NCBI RefSeq assembly: GCF_018350175.1
Contig: NC_058368.1
Coordinates: forward strand, 70,372,001 to 70,436,000
Source of the DNA: Felis catus
Lineage: Eukaryota
Length of the DNA: 64,000 nucleotides
Direction: 5' to 3'
Position 1 is the first letter of the stretch; each line of letters opens with the position of its first letter. The position numbers and the translations under genes are program-made. Of this stretch, positions 48,090 through 60,984 are shown piece by piece. Below the pieces are notes generated by a model that was not told the DNA's origin, did not search any database, and was given only the letters and a program-made list of their open reading frames with translations.

Positions 48090-49950
48090 GGTAATCCTCT
48101 AATGTAGTACAAATTCAAAAGTCATAAAGGAAACATAGTAAAAAGTAAGTCTCCTCTTTCTTACCCCTAATTCTCACGTCTCATTTCGAGAGGCAATCAC
48201 TGTTACCGTTTTCTTTTTTTTTATTATTTTTTTTAATGTTTATTTATTTTCTAGAGAGAGAGAGAGAGAGTACAGCAGGGGAGAGGCAGAGAGAGAGGGA
48301 GACACAGAATCTGAAGCAGGCTCCAGGCTCTGAGCTGTTAGCACAGAGTCTGACACAGGGCTCAAACTACAAACCACGAGATTATGACTTGAGCCAAAGT
48401 CAGACACTTAACTGACTGAGCCACCCAGGCTCCCCCCGTTACCCTTGTCTTGTATATCCTTCCAGAAATAATTTATGCATATGCAAGAAATATACGTAAT
48501 ATATGTATATTTCCCCACCCATATATTTTTTTAATTTTTTAACGTTTATTTATTATCGAGAGACAGAGACAGAGCATGAGCATGGGAGGGACAGAGAGAC
48601 AGGAGGAGACACAGAACCCGAAGCAGGCTCCAGGCTCTGAGCTGTCGGCACAGAGCCCGATGCGGGGCTTGAACTCACAAACCACGAGATCATGACCCCA
48701 GCTGAAGTCTGACGCTTAACCAACTAAGCCACACAGGCGCCCCCCCCCCCCCAACCCATATTTTAAAACATAATACTGTATTATGTATGGTCTTCTGCAT
48801 CTTGATTTTTACAACTTAATAATATTTCTAGGAAATTTTCTCTTATCAATACCAAGTCATTTTGTTTTATTCTTTTTCCCTGTTGCATAGTATTGCACTC
48901 CATGGTTGTTCTAGAACTTACTTAACCAGCTCTCTGCCAATGGGCATTTGGCTGGTTTTTTGTTGTTGTTCTTGTTACTGCAATATGTATTTACATGTTT
49001 AAGCTCATGTGCAAATATATCTGTAAAATGAATTCCTAGATGTAGAATTTCCAAGTCAAAGAAAGTAAATGCATATGAAAATTCACTATTACTTTTTAAA
49101 TTGTCCTCCAAAGAGAATGGACCAATTTGCCTTCCCACTCACATTAGTTGTCTCATCAGCATGAGGACATTATTAAATATTTTGAATTTTTCCAATCTTA
49201 TAAGTGTCAACAGCATCTCATTAATCCTTGAATTTCATTGTTCTTGTTAGGGTGAGATTGAGCATCTTATCATTTATTCATGAATTATTTATATTTCCTT
49301 TATTATAAACTGTTCAAATAATTTGCCTATTTTTCTATTCAAATATTTATTTTTATAATTTTTTTAACATTTATTCATTTTTGAGAGACAGAGAGATAGG
49401 GCATGAGCGGGGAAGAGCAGAGAGAGAAGGAGACATTTGAAGCAGGATCCAGGTTCTGAGCTGTCAGCACACAGCCCGACACAGGGTTCAAACTCATGAA
49501 CTGCGAGATCATGATCTGGGTCAAAGTTAGAAACTTAACTGACTGAACCACCACGGCACCCCTCAAATATTTATTTTTAAGGGGCGCCTGGGTGGCTCAG
49601 TCGGTTAAGCGTCCGACTTCGGCTCAGGTCATGATCTCGCAGTCCGTGAGTTCCAGCCCGCGTCGGGCTCTGTGCTGACAGCTCAGAGCCTGGAGCCTGT
49701 TTCAGATTCTGTGTCTCCCTCTCTCTCTGACACTCCCCCATTCATGCTCTGTCTCTCCCTGTCTCAAAAATAAATAAATGTTAAAAAAAATTTTTTTTTA
49801 AATATTTATTTTTAAATAATAAACTGTGTTAACTCTTTATATATTAAGGCACCTAAACTTGGTTTTGTGTGTGAGAGAGAGAGGGATTTTTCCTGTTTAG
49901 TCATTTGCCGTTGATTTTGTTATGGTATTTTTTTTCTTGCAGAAATGAAA
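48090..49950 (-). mobile_element. Old L1 (L1ME-like) 3' region carrying four Can-SINEs: 48210-48437 (-), 48525-48744 (-), 49356-49563 (-), 49581-49799 (+)
   Basis: AGAGGCAATCACTGTT, AATTCCTAGATGTAGAATT and GAGATTGAGCATCTT antisense L1 motifs; SINEs with TSDs. Confidence 0.8.
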
Positions 49951-49974
49951 AAATATATTTTTTGGTTGAATCCC

Positions 49975-50255
49975 TGAAGGAGGTAGAAGACTACTGCAGT
50001 TGTCCCAGTAGGAAAGCCAGGTGGCTCAGGCTGACGTGATGTTGGTGGACGTGGTGATGAGTGGTAGGTATGAGAATGTAGGAATTGTAAGGCTAGAGCT
50101 TGGTTGATGTTGTTCCTATAAACATGGCAGCAGGGGCGCCATGAGGTGGGTAAGGCGAGGGAAAGAGATGTTGCCTCTGAGGCTTTGGCCTGAGGGACTA
50201 GGTGGACGGTGGTGCCGCTGACTGAGATGGACGAGATTTTAGGGGGAGCAAGTCT
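49975..50255 (-). mobile_element. L2 fragment
   Basis: GGCTTTGGCCTGAGGGACTAGGTGGACGGTGGTGCCGCTGACTGAGATGG. Confidence 0.7.
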
Positions 50256-51702
50256 CTAACCTGCTTTGGAGACATGCTTCCACATGCCTGGTTTCAGAAC
50301 GTGATACATATTCAGGTCTTATTCACTCATCTTCTTCTGAGGTTCCTCCCATCAAAGTGAAAAGCTGAGTCAAACTATCCAGTTGGCATGTCTGAAGCAG
50401 TCATTACTACGTGGCGTATATTCACAGGTAGTGACTTCGAGAGCAAGAGCACTAACAACACCTGCAGTGTCATCACCTCACCCAGTGTCTGCTCGTCCTC
50501 TCTGCTGGGGACTTCAACACACACTATGGGATACACGGAGAAACACTGGCCCATCTCTGTGTCTGGGACTGATTTAAATGAGTTTGACTAGTTTTCCCTG
50601 AATTCACAGGTATTTAACCACCGAGTTGAATCAGTTTAGCAACTTGGCTGGTAACCTAATAACAAAAAAAAACCAGACTGGTTTGTACATGTCCAGAGGG
50701 CCATGGTCTGTGAGCTCAGTTGGTGGGGGCAGGGGGAGAGGGTTGATTTTTTCGGAGACTCTGAAAACATAAAATTCCACATGGATGATTAACATTTCTA
50801 TGCCACATAATGGGTGTTGGCACACAATGAATGGGAAGAAAATGTCATTGAAAGGGAAAAAAACTTTGTGATAGAATGATCTCCCCTGGAAATTTAAGCC
50901 AATCTCAAAGAAATCTGTTTGCATCTGTCTTCTTCATGTATCCCTTTGACAGTAAAATTAGTGCAGAGCATTACTAGCCATGAGGGAGAGCAGCTGCTGG
51001 CTAAGAACTTAGTTCAACGACTGAGATGAATTACCAAGCCTACCTGGTCCCCGGTTGTTCTCATGAAACCTATTTTACTTCTGGATATGCAAATCAAATA
51101 TGCTGATATTTGAAGTGAGATAAAGTATAGGAGTAACCACATTGATTAACATGAGCAGCAAGCCCTACCTTAGGTAGACCAAGCATGTGATCCCCTGAAA
51201 GTTATAATGCAGGGGGGAAGGGGACCTCAGATGGCTGAGAGCCCAGCTGATATCTGATTGCATCTGCATGAGAGAACTTGCAGTTGAGCTCAAACCACAG
51301 GGCTGTGGATGGCTCCTCATGTAACAATAGCGACTGAAACATCTGCCATGCAGGTGACATAGGGGGTCAGAGAAAGTAACAAACACACATTGAGCATAAG
51401 ACTCTCCAGAAGACCAGAGTACAGGAGTACATATGCAGTTGAGATGGAAGAAAGGACAGTTCAATAACAGTTCAAGGTAGCACATGACTCCCAAATATAG
51501 GTGTTCAGGGCACAATGAAGTAAGTGAAAGCTGAGAGTCTTCGTGCAGGAAGAGGGACTAGAAGTGTGAATTAAGACAGGGGAGTACACGCAGGCAGCCT
51601 GAAGAGTAGAGAGCATGGATATAGGTATGGTTTTAGAAATGTGCCTAATGCTCAAAGATCCAACAGCTTGATGTGGCTGGAAGACAGAATTTTTTTCATA
51701 CA

Positions 51703-51908
51703 TTTTTTTCAATGTTTATTTATTTTTGAGAGAGAGTGAGACACAGAGAGGGGGAGGAGCAGAGAGAGAGGGAGACACAGAATCTGAAGCAGATTCCAGG
51801 CTCTTAGCTGTCAGCACAGAGCCCGATGTGGGGCTCGAACTCACAAACTGTGAGATCATGACTTGAGCCAAAGTCAGACGCGTAACCAACTGAGCCACTC
51901 AGGCATCT
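51703..51908 (-). mobile_element. Can-SINE
   Basis: Reversed full SINE; ACAGAATTT flanks. Confidence 0.93.
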
Positions 51909-52429
51909 CAGAACACAGAATTTATGTATGTGTGCAACAGGTGATGACGTCGGAGACGGACCTTGAATAACAGGCTGTCTTTGAAGAGAAAGGTGAGCGC
52001 AAGAGTTTTAGGTTGAGGAGATTCTGTGTTTAGATGAGAGGGGAGACCAAGGCGTGAAGGTCTTCAAGGAAAACACCCCTAAACAATACTTTGTAGAGAG
52101 ACTATAATCCTTTAAATCAGTCATTAATTACTTTTTTAAAAATCCAATTTCCTCAAAAACAACTCCACACTGGGTAGGAAAAGGAAGGAGAGCCATTCAA
52201 GGAAGGAGAATCACTTAAGATTAGCTTTGTTAAGGAGGATGGCAATAATCTTGAGGGTTTCATCCTAAAGGAGAAAACTGGGGGTCGAAGGAATCTAATT
52301 GGAGCTGAGATCACTGATACCAGATGGTAGGACAGGACCATTCTCATTATTTCCATTACTGTTGAAGCCACTGTCAGGAAGGAGCCACACCCTTCTTAGC
52401 CCATACACCAAATTTATGTTTTTGCAGAT

Positions 52430-52840
52430 GTGTCACCGGGGGGGGGGGGGGGGGGTGTTCCGGAAGAAGATGCTGAGATGGAGTTCAGAGGGCAAGATGT
52501 TTATGACACCTACTCTAAGGAGAGAAGATCGGGTTAGGCAGAAAGCAAAGAAGTTGAAATGCAGTGTAGACCCATCAAAACCTTGGCCAACCTGGCGGGT
52601 GGCTTTGGAGTGAATTTAGGGTTGTCTTGCATTGAGCTGAAATGAGTGGGCCTTTATTCTCACATTGCTCATCACTGGCTGTGCGCTGCCCAGGAAGGAC
52701 GTGACCTCAGGTGAAGGGAGGTGACCCTCTGCATTTGAGACAGAGTCAAACAGCTGCTTGCTGACTCTGCTCCCCACATCTGGGCATCAAGCCCTTCCTT
52801 GAAGTGGTAGAAGGAGGATCTGACTCTCCGTGGCTAGCAC
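52430..52840 (-). mobile_element. Old ERVL LTR (LTR33/LTR41-like)
   Basis: CTGAGATGGAGTT..GATGTTTAT, GAAGTTGAAATGCAGTG and GGGCCTTTAT pattern (family recalled). Confidence 0.55.
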
Positions 52841-52916
52841 AAAGGGGTAACCAAGCTCAAAGTCACATTAATGAGAATCTACTTTTCTTTCATGAACCTA
52901 ATAAAGTTAGTAATAT

Positions 52917-53314
52917 TGCAGGATTGCTGAGCGAGACAGTCAAGAAAGAATTCTTGAGACGTTTCACCAGGCAGCTTAGTAAGTTTATTTAAGCAGCATG
53001 GAGACAGGACTTACGGGCAGAAAGAGCTGTACCCTGGCTGTGTGAGGCTGGTGGTTATATGCTTAGTGCTCAAGTGGGAGAGAACATGCATGGAGTATTT
53101 GATCATAAATGTTTCTTCGAATCTCTACTCCTAAAACTACTTCTGGTGCTTACCATTCAGTTTGAAATTAACTATCGATGAAATTTACAGGTCATCTTGA
53201 GACCCTTTAAGGATATAGCAACCAGCACTTATCTGATCCTTATTGAAACCCTGCAGGCTACAGGTCAGCCTGCTGGGCTGAAGGTGGAGATATTTCTGCT
53301 TCTATCCCTCATCA
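52917..53314 (-). mobile_element. Probable carnivore ERV solo LTR
   Basis: TG...CA bounded; on minus, a TATA-like CATATAACC upstream of AATAAA. Confidence 0.55.
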
Positions 53315-53504
53315 ATAAGACCAATGCTTACTTCGGTCAGTGTGTCTGCTTATTTACTTTAAAAAAGGAAATCAGTCTCATTGATCATTGGCAAAAATGG
53401 GGTTCCCAATACAAGAGTCTGGAGCCCACCATCCCCATCCCTCTGCAGCCAGAATCTTCCTCTGGATGGCAAGTGGTGGGTCATGAGGCAGACAGTCCTG
53501 AAAG

Positions 53505-54490
53505 AAGGGTAGGGTATAATAAAAATAAGATTTGGTCTTTGTCCCAGGTTTCTGGCACAGAGCTTCAAAAACCTTTAGAATTTTGAGACATATGTCTTTG
53601 TTATGCTAATGATGAAACCAGGGTCAGTGGGGGAGCTTGTTAGCTTCAGAATGGGGGACAGTTGCTGGAAAACCCAACCTTATGATTAGAGTGTTAGAAC
53701 TTTCAACCCTACCTCCAACCACTGGGGAGAGGAGAGAGGCTGGAGATTGAGTTTAATCACCAATAGCCAATAATTTAATCAATTGTGCCTGTGTAATGAA
53801 ACCTTGATTTTAAAAACTGAAAACGAAGGTTTAGAGGAGCTTCCTGGATGGTGACCTACTTATGTACCAGTTGGGTGGCATACCCCAACTCTACAGGGAC
53901 AGAAACTCCTGCACTCTGGACCCCCCAGACCTCACCCTGTAGTCCCCTTCATCTGGCTGTTCATTTGAATCTCCTTTATAATAAAATGGTAATTATAACA
54001 CTTTCTTGAGTTCTGTGGGTTGTTCTAGTGAATTATCAAACACGAGGGGGGCATTGTTAGAACCCCTGAATTTGCAGCGGAGTTGAACAGAAGTTCAGGT
54101 GGCCCCCAAGACCTCAAGCTGGTGTCTGAAGGGGAAGCGGTCTCGTAGAACTGAGCCTTTCTTTTTTTTTTTTTCAACGTTTATTTATTTTTGGGATAGA
54201 GAGAGACAGAGCATGAACGGGCGAGGGGCAGAGAGAGAGGGAGACACAGAATCGGAAACAGGCTCCAGGCTCTGAGCCATCAGCCCAGAGCCCGACGCGG
54301 GGCTCGAACTCACAGACCGCGAGATCGTGACCTGGCTGAAGTCGGACGCTTAACCAACTGCGCCACCCAGGCGCCCCAGAACTGAGCCTTTCTTAATGTG
54401 TTGGGTTTATGCTAACTCTGGGTAGTTAGTGTCAGAAGTGAATTGTAGGACACTCAGATGGTGTTGGGAAACACAACGTGTTGATCAACA
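53505..54490 (+). mobile_element. MER21-like LTR with a young felid SINE (54163-54377, -); MLT2 terminal remnant at 54495-54543
   Basis: TTTGGTCTTTGTCCCAGGTTTCTGGCACAGAGCT, GGCTGGAGATTGAGTTTAATCACCAAT and TTAGTGTCAGAAGTGAATTG; SINE TSD AGAACTGAGCCTTT. Confidence 0.82.
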
Positions 54491-54895
54491 CGTATCAGGG
54501 CACTCTAGCCCCGCCAGGCTGACACAGAAAATTACCCATGACACCTCTCCACACTTCCAGGTCGCACACACCTAAGTGCCAAGTAGACATTTTCAGGGCA
54601 GAAAACAGGAAGTGCTGGAAGTCACTGAGGCAGGGAGCTGCCAGTTTACACCTGCCGGAAGCCAGCCGGTTTGTGCTGCAGTGGCTGCAGAGGTCAAAGG
54701 GCAGCTGAGATGTCAGACCATGTTCATGAGGTCTGATAACCACATAGTATACTTTCTTCTTCAACGTGGAAGGGAAAAAAAAGGTGTTTGAACCAAAATA
54801 AATCACTCCCTTTGTCTAAATTTACATTTAGAAACTAAAAGGGAGTCCATATACCAACAATTGTTACCTAAAATAAGGAAAAACTATGGATTTTC

Positions 54896-55110
54896 TTTAA
54901 ATTTTTTTTTATGTTTATTTATTTTTGAGACAGAGAGAGAGAGAGCATGAACAGGGGAGGGTCAGAGAGAGGGAGACACAGAATCTGAAACAGGCTCCAG
55001 GCTCTGAGCGGTCAGCACAGAGCCCAACACGGGGCTGGAACTCACGGACCACGAGATCATGACCTGAGCCGAAGTCGGACGCTTAACCGACTGAGCCACC
55101 CAGGCGCCCC
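54896..55110 (-). mobile_element. Can-SINE
   Basis: TSD AAAACTATGGATTTTCT. Confidence 0.95.
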
Positions 55111-55599
55111 AAAACTATGGATTTTCTAATGATATTTTGGAGGCAAACTAAAACCAACCACTCATTTTCATAAAACTAGACTACCTGTAAAAGAACACTG
55201 AAATTTTTAACCAGTTAAGATCAGCCATTGGATTTGATGTGGAAAAAAAAAAATGTGTTTCCCCTCAGCAAATATTCTTCCAAATTGATATGCAGTGGGA
55301 AAATAACAAAAGCAAAACCTCTTACTTTAACATTAAACAGCATACATTTCTCCTTTCTTAGAGATTGGGGAAATCCCAGAATTCTTGGGATAGCTCCCTA
55401 TGACTGAGGAGTGAAACATTTCTAGAAACTCCAAGTGGTGCTAGCCTATGTTGTTGAAACTTTGATACACACCCAGGTTAAATAACTCCTCATCTGTAAT
55501 TCTTTTTTGAGGGATGGAGGGGATTTATTTAGACTTTTCAAGAAACTAAACCAATTCATTTAATCAAAGATGTTAAGATTTATGTAACACCATGAGGTT

Positions 55600-55834
55600 T
55601 TTTGGTTTTGTTTTAAAATACTTATTTTTGAGAGAGAGAGCAAGCAGGGGAGGGGCAGAGAGAGAAAGAGAGAGAGAGAATGAGAAGAGAGGGAGAGAGA
55701 GAGAATCCCAAGCAGGCTCCACGCTATCAGCGCAGAGCCCAACACATGGGGCTCGAACTTTCGAACTGTGAGATCATGACCTAAGCCAAACTCAAGAGTC
55801 AGTTGCTTCACCAAAGGAGCCACTCAGGCCCCCC
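55600..55834 (-). mobile_element. Can-SINE
   Basis: Reversed full SINE. Confidence 0.9.
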
Positions 55835-55879
55835 TGTTGGGTTTTTTGTTTGTTTGTTTTTAAGGAAGGAGATGATTTA

Positions 55880-56160
55880 AAAGTATTCTGTGCTTGATTC
55901 TACTTACATGAGGTACCTAAATAGTCACATTCAGAGAGATAGAAAGCTGAGTGGTGGTCACCAGGGATGCCAAGCTGCTCCCTAATGGGAGGGAGAATAG
56001 GGAATTATTGTTTGATGGGTACAGAGTTTGGGCAGATGAACATGTTGGGACGGATGGTGGGGATGACTGCAGAACAATACAGATGTGATTACTGCCACGA
56101 AATTCTATACCTAGAAATGGTTCAAACCAGTAAGTTTTATTTTATATATATTTCACTAAA
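55880..56160 (+). mobile_element. Old L1 3' UTR (L1MB-like)
   Basis: GATTCTACTTACATGAGGTACCTA...TTGTTTGATGGGTACAGAGTTT. Confidence 0.8.
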
Positions 56161-56656
56161 TAGAAGAAATATTTTCTGCAGAAACTTAGCTACAATGGGT
56201 GAGTAAGAGGTTTACACCACTTCCGTGGCAATGACCAGACAGTGAACTTGGTGACTAGGCCTGACTGGCTATACAAAATCAACAGTTTCAAGGAGTATTG
56301 CTGTGGCTTGTCTGATAAAATAGAAATCCATTTTCTGACTTGCTGACAGAATAACTAAGAATGTGATTAAGAGAATGCTTTCAAGGATAAGAGGTCAAAA
56401 ATGTGGCCTGTGCCCTATGCTAGCAATGGGAAGCACAGGGCAGGAAAAGAATTCTTCTCACAGAGCAGGAATTCACTACATTTTCTCCTTAAAAGCCACT
56501 TTTAAAACATAGGATTATCATGATCTAATGAGAAAAAATACTGGGTTTTTTTGTTGTTGTTATGGGTACAATCCATTCCTTGATTTTATTAATTGTCCTC
56601 CCTTATGTGTTATCATTTAACTAATATACACTGATTCTTTTAACTACCAATGTACT

Positions 56657-56986
56657 TTTTTTTTTTTTTAAAGTAAACTCTACACCCAGCATGGGGCATG
56701 AACTCACAACCCTGAAATCAAGAGTCAAGTGCTCTACCAACTGAACCAGCCAAGCCCCCACAACCAATGTACTTTAAATCAAAGCCTTTTTTAGACTTTT
56801 TTTTAGAAAGTTTATTTATGGGGGGAGGGAGGGACAGAGAGAGAAGGAGAGAGAGAGAATCCCAAGCAGACTCTGCCCTGTCAGCACAGAGCCTGACGCG
56901 GGGTTTGAACCCACGAACCCATAAGATCATGACCTGAGCCGAAATCAAGAGTTGGATGCTCAACTGACTAAGCCACCAGATGCCCC
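56657..56986 (-). mobile_element. Two Can-SINEs (56657-56759 short; 56797-56986)
   Basis: TSD ACCAATGTACTTT for the first; TAAATCA flanks for the second. Confidence 0.9.
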
Positions 56987-58658
56987 TAAATCAGCCGTTT
57001 TTAATAAAAAAAAATGTAAAATTCCTAAACATGAGTCTACTTAAATGGGAAAGTTTATATTGTATTTCCTCTGATACTTTACTTAATTTTAATTTTGGAA
57101 CTTACACATTACAAATCAGTGAATTATGATGTTATACGTAAAGTAGCCAAATATAAAGTAGTTATAAAATAGCCAAGTAAACTGAAAATAAATGTAAGTA
57201 TTATTTATATAGAAATATCTACATGATAATTACATGATATAATAATACATGAAAAGTTCTTAAGACAGAGTCTAGCACGTAGCTGAGTGTTTTAACTAAA
57301 AGTTTTTGTTGACAAATATTGATATCTTTAATTTGCTTCATTTTAAGTCCATGAAGTATGTAATAACTGCTTAGTGTGTTTTTACTAGGTAAAAGGCATA
57401 TTATAGGCTGTATGAGGGAACAGAAAGTTGAAGGAGATACATACAATATTGAGAGAATCATCACTTCTTCTGGGGATGGGGAGAAGACAATTAACATAAG
57501 TAACGAAGTAACTGACATAAGAAAGGATACCCAAGTGTTATGGAGATTCAGATAGATCAGGGGGAATTTCGCAGAGGAAGAGGCATTTTTTCCCCGGACC
57601 TTGAAGAATAGAAGGATTTCCACTGGTGAATGTGAGAGAGGGTGGTGAGGAAGGAGGAGGGAGAGCACAGAGGCAGCGGGGGAGGAGTGAGCGTAGAAAC
57701 AGGGTATCGGATGTATTCGGAACACCAGACACAGCAGGAGAGTTCTTGGAGGTCAGCCTGGAGAGGCTGGTTGGGGTCAGAGCACAGAGATCTCAGATTC
57801 TGAGAGAAAGGGACCCCTTGAAGCTGCAGGTACACAAAAGAACATGGCTAGAGGAAGTTTTAAGAAGATGAATCTACAAGCATTCTGCTCCTGCTGTGTT
57901 GAAAGAAAGGAAAATGATTGGCTCTCATTTCATAGGTGGGCACTGGCTTGCCTGAGCATAGAGCCAACCCTTGCTTTTCAGACTTGAAGTGCACTGTTTT
58001 TGCATGCTTTCCAGCACTTTAAGAGATCTTGCCCATACTGCTGTATCTGTATGGATCTGCAGGTGAGGTGCCCTCAGTGGCTCCCGGGTGGGCTTCCTGA
58101 TGGACTTCTACAAGTGGCTAGGAGCTTAGAGGGATCCACATCCCTCTGTGGCCCTCACAGAGCCCAGGCTGCTGTTGTCCCAGCCCCTGCCCCTGCCCCA
58201 AGTCATGCAGCCTACCTCAGTTTTCTGGATGCGGCGAGAAAGGAGTGGGTCTCTCCACACAGCTGAGGGAGCCAGCTGTCACATACTATCACTTTCCCCC
58301 GTGGCAGAAGCTGCCATCCAGCTGAAGAAGTCTCTCCTGAGAGAGAGAGACAGACTTTGTGAGACAAGCAATGTTGGTAAAATAAAACTGTTCCTCTTAC
58401 CATTTTCATGGTGTCCACTCCTGATTTTTTTTTCCCCTTCAGTGATGTGCTGGAGCTTCTCTGCTAAACTCCCGAAACTCCTGGACTTCCCAAAAGGCAA
58501 CGTCATGCGTGGGCAACTGTCAAAATTGGTGTTCCTCAGGGGGGCAGCAGTGGAAAACTCATTCCACCATGTTGCTGCCATCACTTTGCAGATCTCCTTT
58601 CAAAGAATAAAGATTAATTCTGGGAAGATTTCTTTGTTCATTCACACCTCGCAGAGGA

Positions 58659-58853
58659 TTTTTTTTTAATGCTTATTTATTTTTGAGACAGCACATGCAC
58701 AAGTCAGTGAGGGGCAAAGAGAGAGGGAGACCGAGGCTCCAAAGCAGGCTCCACACTGACAGCAGGGAGCCTGATGCAGGGCTCAAACTCGTGAACCATG
58801 AGATTATGACCTGGGACGAAGTCGGATACTCAAACCCAGCCACCCAGGTGCTC
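58659..58853 (-). mobile_element. Can-SINE
   Basis: Reversed full SINE. Confidence 0.9.
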
Positions 58854-59239
58854 TGAGAATTATTTTTTTTATACTTTCTGAGTCTGTAAAATCGAAACAA
58901 TTCAAGGCATTTTCTTCAGAATCAAAACTCAAATTGATGGATGTCAGTCATATGATGAATAAATTCAATCTTTTGAGGATCGGCTTATACCAGGGTGACT
59001 GAGTAGAACTGAATTTCTGTGCTGTTTCTGAAGGAAATTCCAAAAGTGGTGGCCCAAAGAACATTTTTGAAAACAGCATTACTCAAATTCAATATATGAC
59101 CTCTTATAGAATCTGCTTTGAGATTCAGTCCTTTTTTTTTTTTTTTTTTTTTTGGTTTTTCTCAAATTTAACACGTTTGTTTTCAAAACAGAGTTTTATT
59201 CTTTCACCAAAAGTTTGTATCGGAGGCTGCTAGTGCTCA

Positions 59240-59590
59240 CGGATCTCAAACTAATCCTCTCCTTCCCGGTCACACAGCTAGACTGCGCTTCCCAAGTCCC
59301 CGCTGTCTAGAGGTAGTCTATGCAACTCGTTGTGGCCAGCAGAATGTGGTCCCTAATCCATCTTCAGATTTTCTAAGAGTCTCTCTCCCCTTGTCTGTTG
59401 GTTGGATGCAGAGAATCTTCTGAGGACTCTCGGGGTCCAGAAGACAAGAGCCGCAGAGTCCTTGAGTGACCATGTGGAACAGCCTCCTGGCCCACACCTG
59501 CCCATCATGGGTGGGTTGCGACTCTTCTGTGCTGAAGCCAGTCAGCTTTGTCGATTACATGTTATGGCAGTGAGCCTCCCCTGACTAATG
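59240..59590 (+). mobile_element. Old MaLR LTR fragment
   Basis: ACACAGCTAGACTGCGCTTCCCA, GAGTGACCATGTGGAACAG and the terminus CCTGACTAAT. Confidence 0.55.
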
Positions 59591-60984
59591 TCCATCACGC
59601 CTCTTGGAATCTGAGGGAGCTCCTGAGACTTTCCAGGTGATATGTATTTTGTCTCTGAACCCCGAATGTCCAGACCACTGGACACACTGCTGTTTTTGGC
59701 TTTATTTAAGACTAGTGTTGTGTTTCGTTAGCGCCCCAAGCAAGTCACTCCTCTTGATTCAGTTTCTGTTTCACACTCTGTGAGCGTCATTCAGTCCAAC
59801 CACCTCTGCCAGAGATTTCTGTGAGGACGGTTTGCTGTTGCCGGGAAGAAGCTTTGACTGTTCAGGGCCCCTTTGTCACCCACCTTCGACAGCTCTGTCA
59901 ACAGGCCCTAGAGCTTCACTGCCTCCCTGCGAAGTGTCAGAGTCTTTCCCACATTGTCTTGAATGTGCGCTTAGATATTGTGAGCTGTCAGCACCCAGTA
60001 AAGCTTGACCCGTGGTGCCAGAACTTTCGATAACAGAAACAGCCCACTAAGTTCTTAGAGAATGAGAAATCTATTTTAATATCAGCCTCAAGCTCCCTTT
60101 TTGTGTCCTCAGGGAGAGCTATGTACAAATACATTCTATTTGTGTTGTGGAACGAGTCAGAGTGCAAACCAGTAATTTGACCAAAGTGACCAAGTTCTTG
60201 TGTCTTAGGTTCAAAAACCCTCAATAGACATAGTAAGCGAATAAATTTATCTGGCGGCTCAAATGTGCCACATAGGTGTTTTTATGGTTTTGCTACCTAT
60301 ATTTACTGGCTTAGCAATAATGTAAGGTGGATAGAGGTCTGGATATTGTCTTTACATCTCCTGGAGGGGCTTTGACATGAAGACCATGCCTGCTAGATAA
60401 CCCCGTGCGTAAATGTGGAATGTGATTCTGGCAGTTGTGGTGAATAAAAATGTTCTGTAGTATTATTCAAAGACCATAGTATTTTGCCTCCAGCAAAAAT
60501 GTTTATGATTGTATAAAAATCAGAGCAGCCCATGGGCTTGTAGTCTGCCTGAAAAGAAATTATTGAGAACCACTAATCTAATAACCCTGTTGTTGTTGTT
60601 TTTTTTTTAGATTTAATATTCAAACACCTTTGAAGGTGCCTTCATTTAAATTGCTTGTGGCTTTCTCAGAACTACATCCCTTTTGTATGAAAAGCTGAAT
60701 GACAGCTGTCATGGCCTGAAGTCATTGACGAGATGTTACAGTTCAATCTCCTCCAGTGACAGTCACACACCTAATAATGCATAGAACTGGAGACAATGCT
60801 AAGCATTCTGAGCAAACAATTTTAAGATGCCTCTGAAGGAAGAGAGATGATTGCTGATATTCACAAATATGGGGGAAAACCATCCCTCTGAGGATTAAAT
60901 TGATGCTAGGAGAACATGATCCGTACAAATGATCCTCACAGACTATGCAGTGCTGTATTAAATGATTATCATTGTTTCTTTTAC

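Noticed and set aside
57219..58669. 168- and 173-aa ORFs
   Set aside because: Overlap purine-rich L2-like or unique DNA; non-ATG starts and no domain signal.
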